Assembly (NCBI RefSeq): GCF_018977255.1
Contig: NW_024704743.1
Coordinates: 41,170,001-41,234,000 of the forward strand
Reading direction: 5' to 3'
DNA length: 64,000 nucleotides
DNA from: Callorhinchus milii
Taxonomy: Eukaryota
Within the stretch, counting starts at the first letter, position 1; the number at the start of each line of letters is the position of its first letter. Shown one piece after another: positions 40,206 through 52,920 of the stretch. The translations under genes were made by a program, and so were the position numbers. Under the pieces are notes generated by a model. That model was not told the origin of the DNA. It saw only the letters and a program-made list of their open reading frames with translations, and searched no databases.

Positions 40206-41779
40206 AGCCCTCAGGATTGAAAGAACATTTTCAGAATATTCGATATGTTTATCTTAAGAAGTGCTTATTGTTTGTTTCTTAAAATTGAAAAAAAAATTTC
40301 ATCCACTAAACATTATTTCAATCCCTTGATGTCCTATTGAACATTTTTCGTTTCTGTAAAACTCAAAGAGAGAACTGAGGAAGTATTTTAAAAGAAAAAG
40401 CTTGTAAGTTGTTATTTTCTCCCTTTTAAAAAAAATGCTCTTTTATATTCAAGCTGTCCCTCAGTTTTTTATTATCTGGAGGAAAGAATGGTCTGTCAAA
40501 GCCACTCTTCAACCAAGTGCTGGGAAGTGCTTACTAGCTGTGTAGGTTTCCCTTGTGCCCTGTGGTGAGGAGAACAGCTTTGTTCATAACCGATGACCTG
40601 CCATTAAACTGCACAACGAGATTCGGTGTTTGAAATGGCAAATAATATATCCACCCTTTTTCTAAATAATTCTCTTGGACTGGATTTGTAAGTCATGAGA
40701 ATACCCTGACAAAGGTTCCTATTGAGAAATAATTATAAACTATCATTCACTTTCAGATGTTTATCGACTCTTTTTAGATTTGCAGCATTCCTGCTAGCAT
40801 TTCAGATTTGCTGCATTTACAGTTCTGCAGTTCATTACACATTGAGTAGAAAAATTGATGCTTTTTCCTGGCATCGAAGGGGAAAAATAGAAGATTAGAT
40901 CATTCAGTGACAAGGACGATTCCTAATGTTTCTATGGATAGACATAACTTGACAAAAATCTGCAAAAAAAAGATCGAAATTACACGATTACAATACAATT
41001 TACATTTATATGGTGCCTTTCATAACAGGAGGACATCTCAAAGTGCTTCACAGGATTTAGGGTAGGAGCCAAAACCTTCCTTAGAATTTTGTGATAAAAT
41101 TAACAGAAAATTTGTTTGTTTTCTGTGGTAAAAATAAAAACAATTTATTTTCCACCAACGTTATTTGTAAGTTTCTCTTCAAAAAAATGTGTGGATGGTG
41201 CACTCGCTGTATATAAGCAACTGGATATAAATTTTACAGATATCTGCAGGGAATCTTAAGGAATCTGTGGACGAGTTTTGTTTTTCAACAACAAATTATC
41301 AAAGGCATATTGCTGATGTCCTTTGAAATGTGCAAATAACATTGTCAAGGATTGAATTTAATTCTGGACGGGTTGCAAGAAACAAGTGGATTTTTCATTC
41401 TTTTGCTGTCAGTATTCCAATCTCCAGTTGCTTTGTGGCAGAGAGGTTCACAGTCCAATATCTTTAGATTCCAGTGCTCCATTTTCATTCCATCTTCCTA
41501 AACATCAATCTTACTTTAACTCTGATCAATTTCAGCTGTGGAAATCAAAAAAATTGCAAGGCTCAGAGGTTATTTTTTCATGGATAGGAACAGTTTTGGT
41601 TGTGACAAGTACTTTTGAGACTTGCTTCAAAGGGATATGTTTAAATATATATAATTTCAGTCTTTTCGCTGACTCAAACAGTATACATACAGCCCTGTGT
41701 GTAACTGAGTTGCGCGTCCTGGGAATGTGTCCTCTAAAAGACTTGTGAATGAACAAAGCCCCCAGTTCAAAACTGAGCC

Positions 41780-42075
41780 ACATAAACTAGCAACTTCTGA
41801 GATCCAGGGAGTTTGTAACAAGAGAACCACAAGGACATCGAAAGGACAACTTGGGAAATGTTTCATTGAGAGAGTTGTTGAAATGTGGAACGTCCTGCCG
41901 AGTATGGTGATGGAGATGGAGTCTATTGTGGCTTTTGTGAGGAAAGTAAATAGGCAGATGAAAGAAAAGGGGCTTGAAGAGTTATGGTGATTGGATTAAA
42001 CACCGAGCTCAGTGAGCCAGTGTGGTCTTGATGGGCAAATGGCCTCCTTCTGCACTGTGGATTTCTATGTTTCTA
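41780..42075 (+). mobile_element. CR1-type 3' end
   Basis: Translation FIERVVEMWNVLP...F; tail GATGGGCAAATGGCCTCCTTCTGCACTGT...TTCTATG. Confidence 0.8.
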
Positions 42076-42415
42076 CGGCCTGTGTGTGGTGACGAAATGT
42101 ACCATAAACAACGGAATGTGTTTGTATCCGGAGAAAGGAAAAAATGGAACAGAAGATATTGTATGTTGTGTTTGTTGGTATTTCTGTTGTACCAAACATT
42201 GTATTTATAAATAAACAAATAAATACATATTTTCAAATAAAAAGGTGGATTTCTATGTCTCTGTGATCTCTGCGAGCTATCTTATCTGTACCAGGATAGA
42301 TCATCTGGATTGAGAAAGAGAAAACTCAGTCAGGGTCCTACACTCGATTGTATCCAGTGATTTCTGGTGTAAGATGTGCATGCTTAGGCATTAAGTGAAG
42401 AGCAAGTGTGACAAT

Positions 42416-44470
42416 ACAACAACAACAACAAGATTCCATTTATAAAGCGCCTTTCACGTCAGGAGGACGTCCCAAGGCGCTGCACAGTTGGGTCATGACC
42501 CGAGCAAGGGGGAAATGGTCAGGGTGAGGGGAGGGAAGGGAGGGAGCAAGGAGGGGGAAATGGTCAGGGTGAGGGGAGGGAAGGGAGGGAGCGAGGAGGG
42601 GGAAGAGAGTCGAGAGGGGAGCTGAAGGCACGGTCAAAGAGAAAGGTTTTGAGACCGGCCTTGAAGGAGGAAAGGGAGGAAGCAAGGCGAAGGCACTGGG
42701 GGATGGAGTTCCAGAGCCTGGGGGCTGAGAGGCTGAAGGCCCGACCACCGATGGTAGGGCGGTTGGGGCGGGGGACGTGGAGCAGACCGGAGCCAGAGGA
42801 ACGGAGGGTACGGGCAGGTAGGTAGGGGGATAGTAGGTTGGAGAGGTAGGAGGGAGCAAGGCCGTGAATGGCCTTGTAGGTGAGGATGAGGATCTTGAAA
42901 TCAATCCTCTGGGGGATGGGGAGCCAGTGGAGGCGAGCGAGGGTGGGAGTGATGTGGTCCCGAAGCCTGGTGCGGGACAGTACACGAGCTGCAGAGTTCT
43001 GAATGACCTGCAGCTTGTGGAGGGAGGTGGCGGGAAGGCCGGCGAGGAGAGAGTTCCCATAGTCCAGCCTTGAGGTGACAAAGGCGTGAACCAGGGTTTC
43101 AGCAGCGTGAGGGGTGAGGTAATGCCGTAGTCTGGCGATGTTCCGGAGGTGATGGAAGGCGGTGCCAGTTGTGGTGCGGATGTGAGGGAGAAAGGACAGC
43201 TCAGGGTCGAACAAAACGCCGAGGTTCCTGACTGGCTTTGAGAGGTGGAGAGTGCAGCCTTGGATGCTGATGGTGTCAGCGCCTGAGGTGCGGAGGCGCT
43301 GACGTGAGCCAATCAGGAGGGCCTCGGTTTTTCGCACGTTGAGCTGAAGAAAGTTGTCTCTCGTCCAGGACTCGATGTCGGACAGGCAGGCTGTCAGGAC
43401 ATCGGTGGTCGTGGAGTTGAGAGTAGAGGAGGAAAGGTAGAGTTGGGTGTCATCCGCATACATGTGGAAGTTAACTCCATGTCTGCGGATGATGTCACCA
43501 AGGGGGAGCATATAGAGGGTGAAGAGGAGGGGACCGAGGACAGAGCCCTGAGGGACACCACATGAGACAGTACGGGGGGTGGAGGAGAAGCCATTCGTCG
43601 AGACAAAGTGAAGACGGTGAGAAAGGTACGACCTAAACCATTCAAGGACAGTGCCTTGAAGGTTGAGGTGGGAGGACAAGCGGTGGAGTAGGATAGCGTG
43701 GTCGACCGTATCGAATGCTGCCGATAGGTCGAGGAGGACGAGGAGACAGAGGGAGCCCTGGTCACAGATGGTCAGGATATCATTGGTGACCTTGACCAGG
43801 GCAGTTTCTGTGCTATGGGCAGCACGGAAACCTGACTGAAGGGGTTCGAAAAGAGAATGGGTGGAAAGGAAAGAGCGCAGTTGGGAGGCGACAACTCTTT
43901 CCAAGACCTTGGAGAGAAAAGGGAGGTTGGAGATGGGCCGGTAGCTTGATAGCTGCGACGCATCAAGGGAGGGTTTTTTCAGGGTGGGCGTGATGATGGC
44001 AGTTTTTAATGGAATGGGGACAGAGCCAGAGGAGAGGGACAGGTTGATGATGTCAGTGATATGTGGGGCAAGAAAATGGAGCTGGGAGATAAGGAGTGGA
44101 GTGGGGATGGGGTCAAGGGAGCAGGTGGTTGGGTTTAGGGATAGGATGAGTTCAGTAACAGAGGGTGGGGAAACGGGTACGAAGGTATGTAGGGGAGGAT
44201 GGGTAGGAGTCGGAGTGTGGGAGGGAAGGGGTGGGTGGTGGGTGGAAGTTGGAGGGGAAGTGACCGCGGAGCGGATTCCCTTGATCTTGGATTCAAGGAA
44301 ATCCAGCATCTCCTCGCAGTGAAGGTTGGAGGAGATGACCTGTGTGGGGTGGCGGGGGGGACGGAGGAGTCGGGTTGTGGTGGAAAACAGTAGCCTGGGG
44401 TTGTTCTTCGCCTCCAGGATTATCCTGGAGTAGAAGGACGACTTGGCCGAGGCTAGAGTGGAGCGGTAAA
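42416..44470 (-). mobile_element. Young L2-clade LINE, 5'-truncated, ~2.05 kb
   Basis: Uninterrupted ORF2 portion, CpG-rich, 3' stem-loop and (TTG)n tail, ~42-bp tandem duplication near the stop codon. Confidence 0.97.
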
Positions 44471-44735
44471 TTGCAATAATGCTCCACAGAGTCAAATAAC
44501 CTGCAAAACTGATTTCTTGGACCCACACACGTGGACTGGACATGGGTGAGGGACTGTTAGGCAGCAAGTATCTGTATAACCATACTTCAGCATAAATCTG
44601 TGGCTTCAGGAAATGGAGAGGCAAGAGAAGCCACCTAAAAAGATGACTTTGTAAACAAAATGATCTCCCTCTTTGGAGAAAAAATTGTCGCCTGTGATGT
44701 GCTAATGAGCACATTTTTTGAATAACAACAATCAT
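42564..44735 (-). CDS. L2 ORF2 reverse transcriptase lacking the endonuclease; the first ~88 codons are flanking DNA read in frame
   Basis: Motifs [70 protein letters not shown] and LHWLP. Confidence 0.9.
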   Translation of the reverse strand: MIVVIQKMCSLAHHRRQFFLQRGRSFCLQSHLFRWLLLPLHFLKPQIYAEVWLYRYLLPNSPSPMSSPRVWVQEISFAGYLTLWSIIAIYRSTLASAKSSFYSRIILEAKNNPRLLFSTTTRLLRPPRHPTQVISSNLHCEEMLDFLESKIKGIRSAVTSPPTSTHHPPLPSHTPTPTHPPLHTFVPVSPPSVTELILSLNPTTCSLDPIPTPLLISQLHFLAPHITDIINLSLSSGSVPIPLKTAIITPTLKKPSLDASQLSSYRPISNLPFLSKVLERVVASQLRSFLSTHSLFEPLQSGFRAAHSTETALVKVTNDILTICDQGSLCLLVLLDLSAAFDTVDHAILLHRLSSHLNLQGTVLEWFRSYLSHRLHFVSTNGFSSTPRTVSCGVPQGSVLGPLLFTLYMLPLGDIIRRHGVNFHMYADDTQLYLSSSTLNSTTTDVLTACLSDIESWTRDNFLQLNVRKTEALLIGSRQRLRTSGADTISIQGCTLHLSKPVRNLGVLFDPELSFLPHIRTTTGTAFHHLRNIARLRHYLTPHAAETLVHAFVTSRLDYGNSLLAGLPATSLHKLQVIQNSAARVLSRTRLRDHITPTLARLHWLPIPQRIDFKILILTYKAIHGLAPSYLSNLLSPYLPARTLRSSGSGLLHVPRPNRPTIGGRAFSLSAPRLWNSIPQCLRLASSLSSFKAGLKTFLFDRAFSSPLDSLPPPRSLPSLPSP

Positions 44736-46821
44736 TCAACAATTTAAATAGTGCCTCACGTGTCTAGAAAAACATGGGACTACTGCCATCTTAATTTTGT
44801 CAACTGATAATTTAGCTTTATTGAATGAACGTTTTATAATCACATGCTGGACTGCAAATGAAAGGTCTTCTACTCAGAGGAGAAATCAAGCTACTTTTAT
44901 TTCTCTGTGCAACAGTGCTTTCTGTCAACTGATATGCAGAGTGGTTCTTATGTGCAGGACTGTTGAGAATACACAATGAGTGTGATTGACATGTTTTCAG
45001 GTATTTTACTTCACTATTCTCCCCTACTCCTTTTCTCCTGAGACACTGAGTTGTGCTGCGGTACAATATCATTGATTCCAACTGCTCTCAGGTATCTCAA
45101 CCAAATGTCCGTGAACCTGGACGGAAAGTGCTGGGCAGTAGGATATTCAACTTAAGAAGAGTCAGAGATGACTCCAGTGCTGTCATTATGTGATACCGAC
45201 ACACACACTGGCTGATTTTCTTTCTCCCTCAGGGACACTCAGCTTTCTGTAGTTTGCTTCCTGCCTGTCTGAGATCAGATAATCTAGCACAAGACTTGAA
45301 CGTGCAACCTTTTGGCCTGCATGCCCTTGTCCTGCTGCTGGTAATGCCTTTACCTACTTAGCCATCAGAGGAGATCTACCCCAATTGCTATAGAATGGGG
45401 AAGAATTCTGTCTCAAAGCAGGAAAGGATGACCGGATGAAATAGATCCTAAGTATCAATCTGAAACATTCAAGTGTGATTAACACAACTGACAAGGAATA
45501 TGTTATGGTTAGTAAGTCGTCAACGTTTTCATTTACTTGCTGTGTCAAACTCACTTATGTTTCTTTATTCTCCACGTTGTTTAAACATCCTCAGCAGGTA
45601 GATTAATCCAACCATGCAATGGGATTTGGAAAAAAAATCCCACGTCCTGCATAAGAACTCTGAGTTTTTTAGTTGAGGAATCAGTTTATGCACATCAATT
45701 TGGTGTTCTCTATTGGAGTAGTTAGAAAATAAAAGATTCCATAAGTACTTGTACAGGTCTCTTTAGGGAGACTTTCCAAATCTGGTTACTCATTCATTAT
45801 TTATTTTGAGTGTCCTATTATTAGTAGATTACCTGACTGGGCTATGACAGTGTGTTAGTTTCCATTCTACTTTCCTCAGTTCCTCACACATTCTGAGCCT
45901 TAAAAGCTTAAAATGTAAGAGTGTCCAGAGTTTTGGAAAATCCTAAAATTTGGTATTAATTTGGAAGCCGATTTTTATGGTTCTTCATAAGAATTAAGGA
46001 AAATTATTTTCCAAATTAAAACTGAATTTAAGAGTTTTTCCATAATTCAACTTAATCTTTCGTTTACGGTAGACAGGACAATATGGATTTTGACCCACAG
46101 TTACCTTTAAGACGGTAGTGAAATCTGAAAGCTATGTGGCCTGAAATTCTGCTATTACATTTGTTGAGGTAATGGCAGAAATTGAAGAGGAAAATAACAT
46201 ATGCCATCTTAGTGGTTGTGGATTTGTAAGCATTAATAGGTAAGTTCATACCTATGTTAGTTTGTTGTGTAACCTTTGTTTTAGATTGCCGGAAGACCAG
46301 AATTGAGTTACAATTGGTATATAATTGCATAAACATCTTACAGGCTCCAGCAGAAGAAACCAACATGGTGGACTGGAAAACAGGTAGCATGGCGTACATG
46401 GGGCAAGTTGTTGTTGTTGTCGTTGTTGTTGCATTCCAAGCTTCCAAATAACCCATTTTCGAGAATTGCTGCATTGAGAAAACAGCAGTTTCTCTCCTTC
46501 CAGAAAAGACCAGCAGATTTTTTTTTAATCGAAGCAGCTCATCACGTGGCTGACTAGCATAGCTGTGAAATAGTATTTCTTGATTTACCCATTTCATTAG
46601 AATCATGAGTAATGGATCTTTAGATCTAATGAGCAGGTTGATTAACTTCCTTCAGAATTTCGGGAGTCATTTGGGTAGCAGTGGTTACATTGTAAGCCCA
46701 GTTGTTGCGCCTTATCTTGCCATCTGCTGGACATGTGAAACCACGTTGAATCGACCACAAATGCCTTTTGCATGAGGAACATGCAGATTTTGCAATCATA
46801 ACTGTATCCCAAGAACCCACT

Positions 46822-47144
46822 TAATAATAATAATAATAATCCTTGCATTTGATATAGCGCTTTTCACGTTGGGAGGACGTCCCAAAGCGCTTCACAGAAC
46901 ACTGTAAAGTGAATTGACTGTATATTTGTGGGCGAACGCGGCAGCCAATTGCGCACAGCAATGTCCCACAAACAGTCGTAGATTGAAAATGACCAATTTA
47001 TTATTGTTTTTGGTTTTGGAGGGATTATTATTAGGCTCTGTGTGGAGTAAGGAAACTTGCCCAAGGTTTCGCCCTCTGCCTGGAATTGAACTCAGGTTTC
47101 TCGCTTGCAAAGCGAGTGCTCTAACCACTGAGCTACAGGACTCC
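46822..47144 (-). mobile_element. tRNA-derived SINE, full length, young
   Basis: Nearly identical to 461-784; CCACTT on both flanks. Confidence 0.92.
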
Positions 47145-47379
47145 ACTTCACCTTTGCTGATCCAATACCCCTTCCTCTCCCTCTCTCCCCATGCCCCCAG
47201 CTTTTCTTTCTATGTTCCTAACCTCCGGAACTCCCTTCTCTCAACCCCTCCATCTTAACCCCTCTCTCCCTTCTCTCAACCCCTCCATCTTAACCCCTCT
47301 TTATCTGTCTTCAAGTCCCACCTTAAAACATACTTCTTCAGTAGCACTAGTCACCTCCCTCTTTTTGTCTCTCCATCCC

Positions 47380-48398
47380 CAGCCAATTGCGCACAGTAGC
47401 ATCCCACAAACAGTCATGGATTGAGTAATCAAATTATTATTTTTATTTATTTTTTAAGTGATTATTATAGCCAAAAGTGATCTGCCAATCGACTAATAAC
47501 TGGGTCCTTATCTAATGCTAGGTAAACATAAACGTGTAAAGCAAGGAAGCTTGCCTAAAGTTTCACCCCACCAGGGAATCAAACCCGGGTCCTCTTGCTT
47601 GTGACCTCAGGCGTTTGACAACATCAGCCTCCATGGCTGCACACTCAATCTCACTAAGCCAGTCAGGAACCTGGGTATCTTATTTGACTCTGAGCTGTCC
47701 TTTCTCCCCCACATCCACGCCATGACGGGCACTGCCTACCACCACCTTCACAACATTGCTATCGAAACCCTCACCCACGCATTCGTCACATCAAGGCTCG
47801 ATTATGGCCTCCTCAATGGCCTTCCCAACTCTTCCCTTCACAAGCTGCAGATCATCTAAAACTATGCTGCTCGTGTACTCTCACGCACCAGGCTCCGCGA
47901 CCCCGTTACTCCCACCCTCGCCCGACTCCACTGACTTCCCATCCCCCAGAAGATCGAGTTCAGATCCTTGTCCTCACCTTTACGGCCATCCATGGCCTTA
48001 GCCCCTCCTAACTCTCTGACCTGCTGACTCCCTACCAGCATGCCCGCTCCCTCCGTTCAGCAGCCTCCAGTCTGCTCCAAGTCTCCCGCCCGACCCACCC
48101 AACCATCAGTGGCTGGGCTTTCAGCGCCTCTGCCCCCACACTCTGGAACTCCATCCCAGTCACTTCACCTCGCTTCCTCCTTTGCCTCCTTCAAGGCCGG
48201 TCTCAAGACTCTTCTCTTTGACCGTGACTTTGGTCTCCCTCCCACCTCTCTGCCTTCCCTCACCCCTACACCACCCCTCCCCCATGCTCGGGCCCCAACA
48301 CCTGACTGTTCAGCGCTTTGGGACGTCCTCCCGATGTGAAAGGCGCTCTAAAAATGTAATTTTGTTGTTGCTGTTGTTGAGTGCTCTAACCAATATGC
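47380..48398 (-). mobile_element. tRNA-SINE (long subfamily) with its head split by an L2 insertion
   Basis: Head sequence stops at CCTCTTGCTTGTGA (47604) and resumes at GTGCTCTAACCAATATG (~48380). Confidence 0.75.
47605..48378 (+). mobile_element. L2 3' fragment
   Basis: [18 protein letters not shown]...FKAGLKTLLFDR; tail GGGACGTCCTCCCGATGTGAAAGGCGC...(TTG)n. Confidence 0.92.
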
Positions 48399-49792
48399 CT
48401 ATTTGGACCAGGGGAAAAACAAAAGCTCAGCCTAAGAGTAAAGTCTTTTAACTCTGATGAGATGATCGGAAGCAGAGAGCATACTAATCATTGAAGAAGT
48501 CTGGGCTGCAAGCAGTCCTTCAATTCTCAATCAAGAGTCCGAAAGGAAGAAATGATTCAAACCGAGTTAATTTTCTATCTATTTTCCACCTGGAGTCTAG
48601 TGTAAGAGCTTTGTTAATGGTAGGAAAGGTGATCGGGCACTCTTAAAACACAAATAAAATGAAACCCCTTTTTATTTGGAATATCAAAGAAAAGGATGAA
48701 AAAGATGACTAATGGAACTTCACTTGTCTTGATAGCCACTGACAGCTTCAAATAGTTGCAGATCAGATTTAGCACAGGTCAAATGCAATACAGGTTTAAT
48801 AAAGGAAGATGACCAGACTCCCTGGGCAACAGTGCTGGGGGCTCAGTTGCTTGCACTCACTCACCGTCCCCATCTTTATGACTATTAACAGTACTTATCC
48901 CCTCCCTCACCCAACTATGATTCAGATAGAAATAAATGGTTAGGATGAACAGTTCTCTTGAAAAGCGTAGAGAAAATTCCATTCCTGCTTGTGGAAAACT
49001 TTCAACAAATATCCTGCAGGATTATAAGATTGTATTTTGAGATCATATTTGATCAGCGAAAATCCTATAAGATTTATATGTTCTCACATGGGTTCATGTA
49101 TATTTTAATATTGTATTAAAGGGCTTAGACAGATCCAGAGGTTGATTCTGTTTCCACTGTATTTCCAACCAAGACAGATTCTGATATCCTTATTCTTCTT
49201 AAGTCAAGAGTCTTCAAAGGCTTCCTCTAGGAAGGATCAGGATCAAAGAAAAAGTGAAGGGTTTCACCTTCATCTGTTAGTATACTTACTGCCTTTGGTG
49301 GTTTGTGATTGTATTTGCGGCTTATTGTGGTTTCTTACAGTGTCTTGGCCAACAATCCCCCAAATAAAATTGATCATTTGTTTCATGGTTGTTTTGGGAT
49401 GTTACTGTGCGCAAACTGCTTGCTGATTTTACCTACAAATACAAGCCACTAGACAGTATAACCTGTGAAGGGCTTTGAGGCATCCTCCCAGTGTTGTTCC
49501 AAATGTAAGGATTATTATTAATATCATATGCACTGAATGCGCGAAAAAATCCCACACAAAAACAGAATAGTTGTTAAAAAATATCAGATAACAGAACTCA
49601 TAGCACATAACTCCCAATCCCTCCACTTTACTCTGTTAAATGCCATGTAGGCTTCATTAGGTGTTTGTGATAAGGAATTCCACATTCTAAAATCACTTTG
49701 TATAAAATAAATCTGATTTTCTCTTTTATCTTCTAGCGGTAAATCTTCAATTTATTCCCTATTGTTATTCGTTCATTGATCCTTAGAAATAC

Positions 49793-50111
49793 GAGTCCTG
49801 TAGCTCATTGGTTAGAGCACTCACCTCGCAAGCAAGATAGCTGGGTTTGATTCCTGGCAGAGCAAAACCTTGGGCAAGTTTCCTTACTCCACACGCCTGA
49901 TAATAATCCATAAAAAAAAGAATAATTTGGTCACTCAATCCACGACTATTTGTGGGACACTGCTGTGCGCAATTGTCTGCCGCATTTTGTCCACAAAATA
50001 TACAGTTAATTCACTTTACAATAAATTCTGTAAAGTGCTTTCAGACTTCTAGAAGACGTGAAAAGCGCTATATCAAATGCAAGGGTTATTATACTATTAT
50101 TATTATTATTT
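49793..50111 (+). mobile_element. tRNA-derived SINE, full length
   Basis: GAGTCCTGTAGCTCATTGGTTAGAGC head through the (ATT)n tail. Confidence 0.9.
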
Positions 50112-52454
50112 ATAGTCTCCTTTTATTTATAGTCTATTTTTATTAATAGTCAGAATCAAGACTATTAAAATATTTGAAATCCTCGATTCAATCCAACTTA
50201 ATGTTCCCTGCTTCAATAAAAGCAGTCCCAGCTTTCCAATGTTCTCCCCATCACTGTAGCCTCTCATATTATTTCTTCTCTAAACAGTAAAAAAAGACAA
50301 ACAGTCCAAAGGAAACATTTATATGTTGTACTGACAGACAAAGAAAGGGAGGGAAGAATTATGCACATCAAGGGCCATGGTTTACAGAAACAAGCTGACA
50401 TAACTGCATAACTCAAGAGGGTTACAAGGAAGGCTAAGGTACGGCAACTGCAAGATCAGTGGTTGACTTTAAATAATCATTGTTTCTGACATGCATGATA
50501 TTCCTACAGCAGATCATATTCATAAATTGGGTGGTTGTGGAAACAATGTGAATATCAGGTCATTGCATGAAATACAATGCCCAGAAGTAACAAAACACTT
50601 TTTCCATCAAGAATTGTACTGTTTCAGTGACGGCCTCCCAGCTCATCTCACCACCCCCATAGTGCCAGTTTTGATTGATTAGCTAATATTTTGTGTTGAA
50701 AATATTCAACAGTAAAATTCTCCCACAGTGCTAGCTCATCTCACCCATACCCCCATATTCTTCCTTACCTCCCCCACCTCTACCAGCTCAGTTCACAACC
50801 CCTACTGCGCCAGTTTGACTCACTCCCTCCTCCCCTAGCGCCAGTCCTTCTTTCCACCCACTCCCTGCCAGATTTGCCATTCTTTCCCTTCCAATACAAG
50901 ATCCAGCACCTCCCCCCCATCCCTGTTTCCCTCTCTTACTATGTCTCTCTCTTACTCTTTCCCTCTTCATCCTACTTTCTCTGTTTCTCTCCATCCCAAA
51001 CTTTACTGCAGACGCTCTAATTGATTAAACTGAGTAAATGCTTCTGCCAAATATTTTCAATTATTTGTATCAATTATTTTTGTGAACTCACTCACATTGG
51101 CATTAAGCAAACATGTAGTCATTCAGTGTTATGAAATGGTGCATTCATCTGTAATTAAATTGTTATTTAATTTTTCAATGATGGTAAACTCAAAGTCAGC
51201 AAAATCCAAAAGAAAGCCAACCTACAGAAAGCAATTTGCCAGCCATGAATTTCATCTTGTGACATTTACAAAGCAGAAGTTGTAGATAACAGAACTGATC
51301 ACTTGTTCATGTTGCATTTTAGCCCCTCAATATGTCTACTGCTGACTGTGACTGTGACTGCATCTTAACTTTTACTGTGTCTGCTCTGGAGATAAAGGAA
51401 GTGAAATGGAATGACTGCGATGGGAAGCAAGTGTGCAGTTATTAATGGAAAATTATATATTACATGAATGACAGTTTAAAATCCATGCCTGTAAGTGTAA
51501 TTTCAAGTCCACTTTACATCAATTCCCTCCATTATTGACTGTTCTTTATATGAGAACCTAATGGCAGGATTGAGCTCAATGGTAACGTGTATAAAGGTGT
51601 AATTGATTTCTTTCAGACCATGCCTCCACTTTGGCACTCTATATCCTTCAAATGTGCAATTTGTAAAAAGCAGAGGTGGAGATTGAATGACTTCTTCTAA
51701 CAAGATGAGCCATATACATCAATACTAAAAGCTGAATTAACAAATTATTTGAAAGGCAATAAGACCATGGGAATTTCTGCAGTAGTTTTATTGGAAGGTG
51801 ACAAAATCAAATTTCGGAGGATATATAGGAAACTGCATCTGAATCTGTTTATGTCGCCTACTAACAGAATATAGCAAATCCATCTCCATTTTAAAGCCGA
51901 TTTTCTGTAACTTCTTTTAAAAACTGCAAAATGGATGATTGCAAAGTTTTCAAAGTTAAGACTGAATTTATCAATTTGCAAAATTCTGGATTCTCTGAAA
52001 TGCAACATAAATAGAGTAAATTTAGATCCATGTAAAATGTTTCCCCTGTAATGTCTTTAGAACCAGAATGATGAAGACTGGAACCCTCAGCTGCAGTATT
52101 TAGTGTATGACTAAACTGGGGAGTCGTTCTCTATATTCTGTGTCTAACCAAAAACTTTTTGAGAAAGAAACCGTTGTTATTGCATTTTACAATTGTTATT
52201 GCATTTTATAGCCAAGAAGAGTTGTTGGCCAGATTTGAGAGGGAAAAAGAAGCAGCTTTATAGTACGGACAAAAGAATTGACATTTTATTGCACCCAATG
52301 AGACAAAATACCATAATCATTATTTCCACATTAGCCATAATTATACACTCAGAGTAATGATGTACAGTCTATAGTTTCATTAAATCCATGACACTTCCTG
52401 TTACATTTTGGTAATGTTTAAAAGTATTTGCTTCGAAACCGTCCCATTTGTCTG

Positions 52455-52920
52455 TCTGCAGATTATTCAGAACTCTGCAGCTCGTGTCCTGTCCCGCACT
52501 AGGTTCTGTGAAGCAATCACACCCATCCTGCCCGGCTTCACTAGCTCCCTATCCCTCAGAGAATCAAGTTCAAAACCCTCATTCTCACCTTCAAAGCTCT
52601 CAGTGGTCTTGCTCCCCCCTAGCTCTGTGACCCCCTAACCCCATTTCAGCCTTTCCGCTCCCTCTGCTCGGCAGACACCGGCCTGCTTCAGGTCCCCCGC
52701 ACCTCCCACCCCACCAATGGTGGTCGGGCATTCAGTATCTCTGCCCCATACACTGGAACTCTATTATGCAATCCCTCCACCTCACCCCCTCTCTTGCTTC
52801 CTTCAAGTCCCATCTAAAACCTTCCTCTTTTCACCTTGCCTTTGGCCACCCTCCCACCCCCATCCTCCTGTCCTCCACCCCTCCTGACACAAACTCCCAG
52901 TGTAATTTGTTGTTGTTGTC
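52455..52920 (+). mobile_element. L2 3' fragment
   Basis: [16 protein letters not shown]...; (TTG)n end. Confidence 0.88.

Noticed and set aside
42440..43312. 290-aa Pro/Ser-rich ORF and other ORFs overlapping L2 copies
   Set aside because: Alternative-frame shadows of the C-rich L2 ORF2.
46064..46606. 180-aa minus-strand ORF
   Set aside because: No recognisable motif; includes a (CAA)n microsatellite read as poly-Thr.
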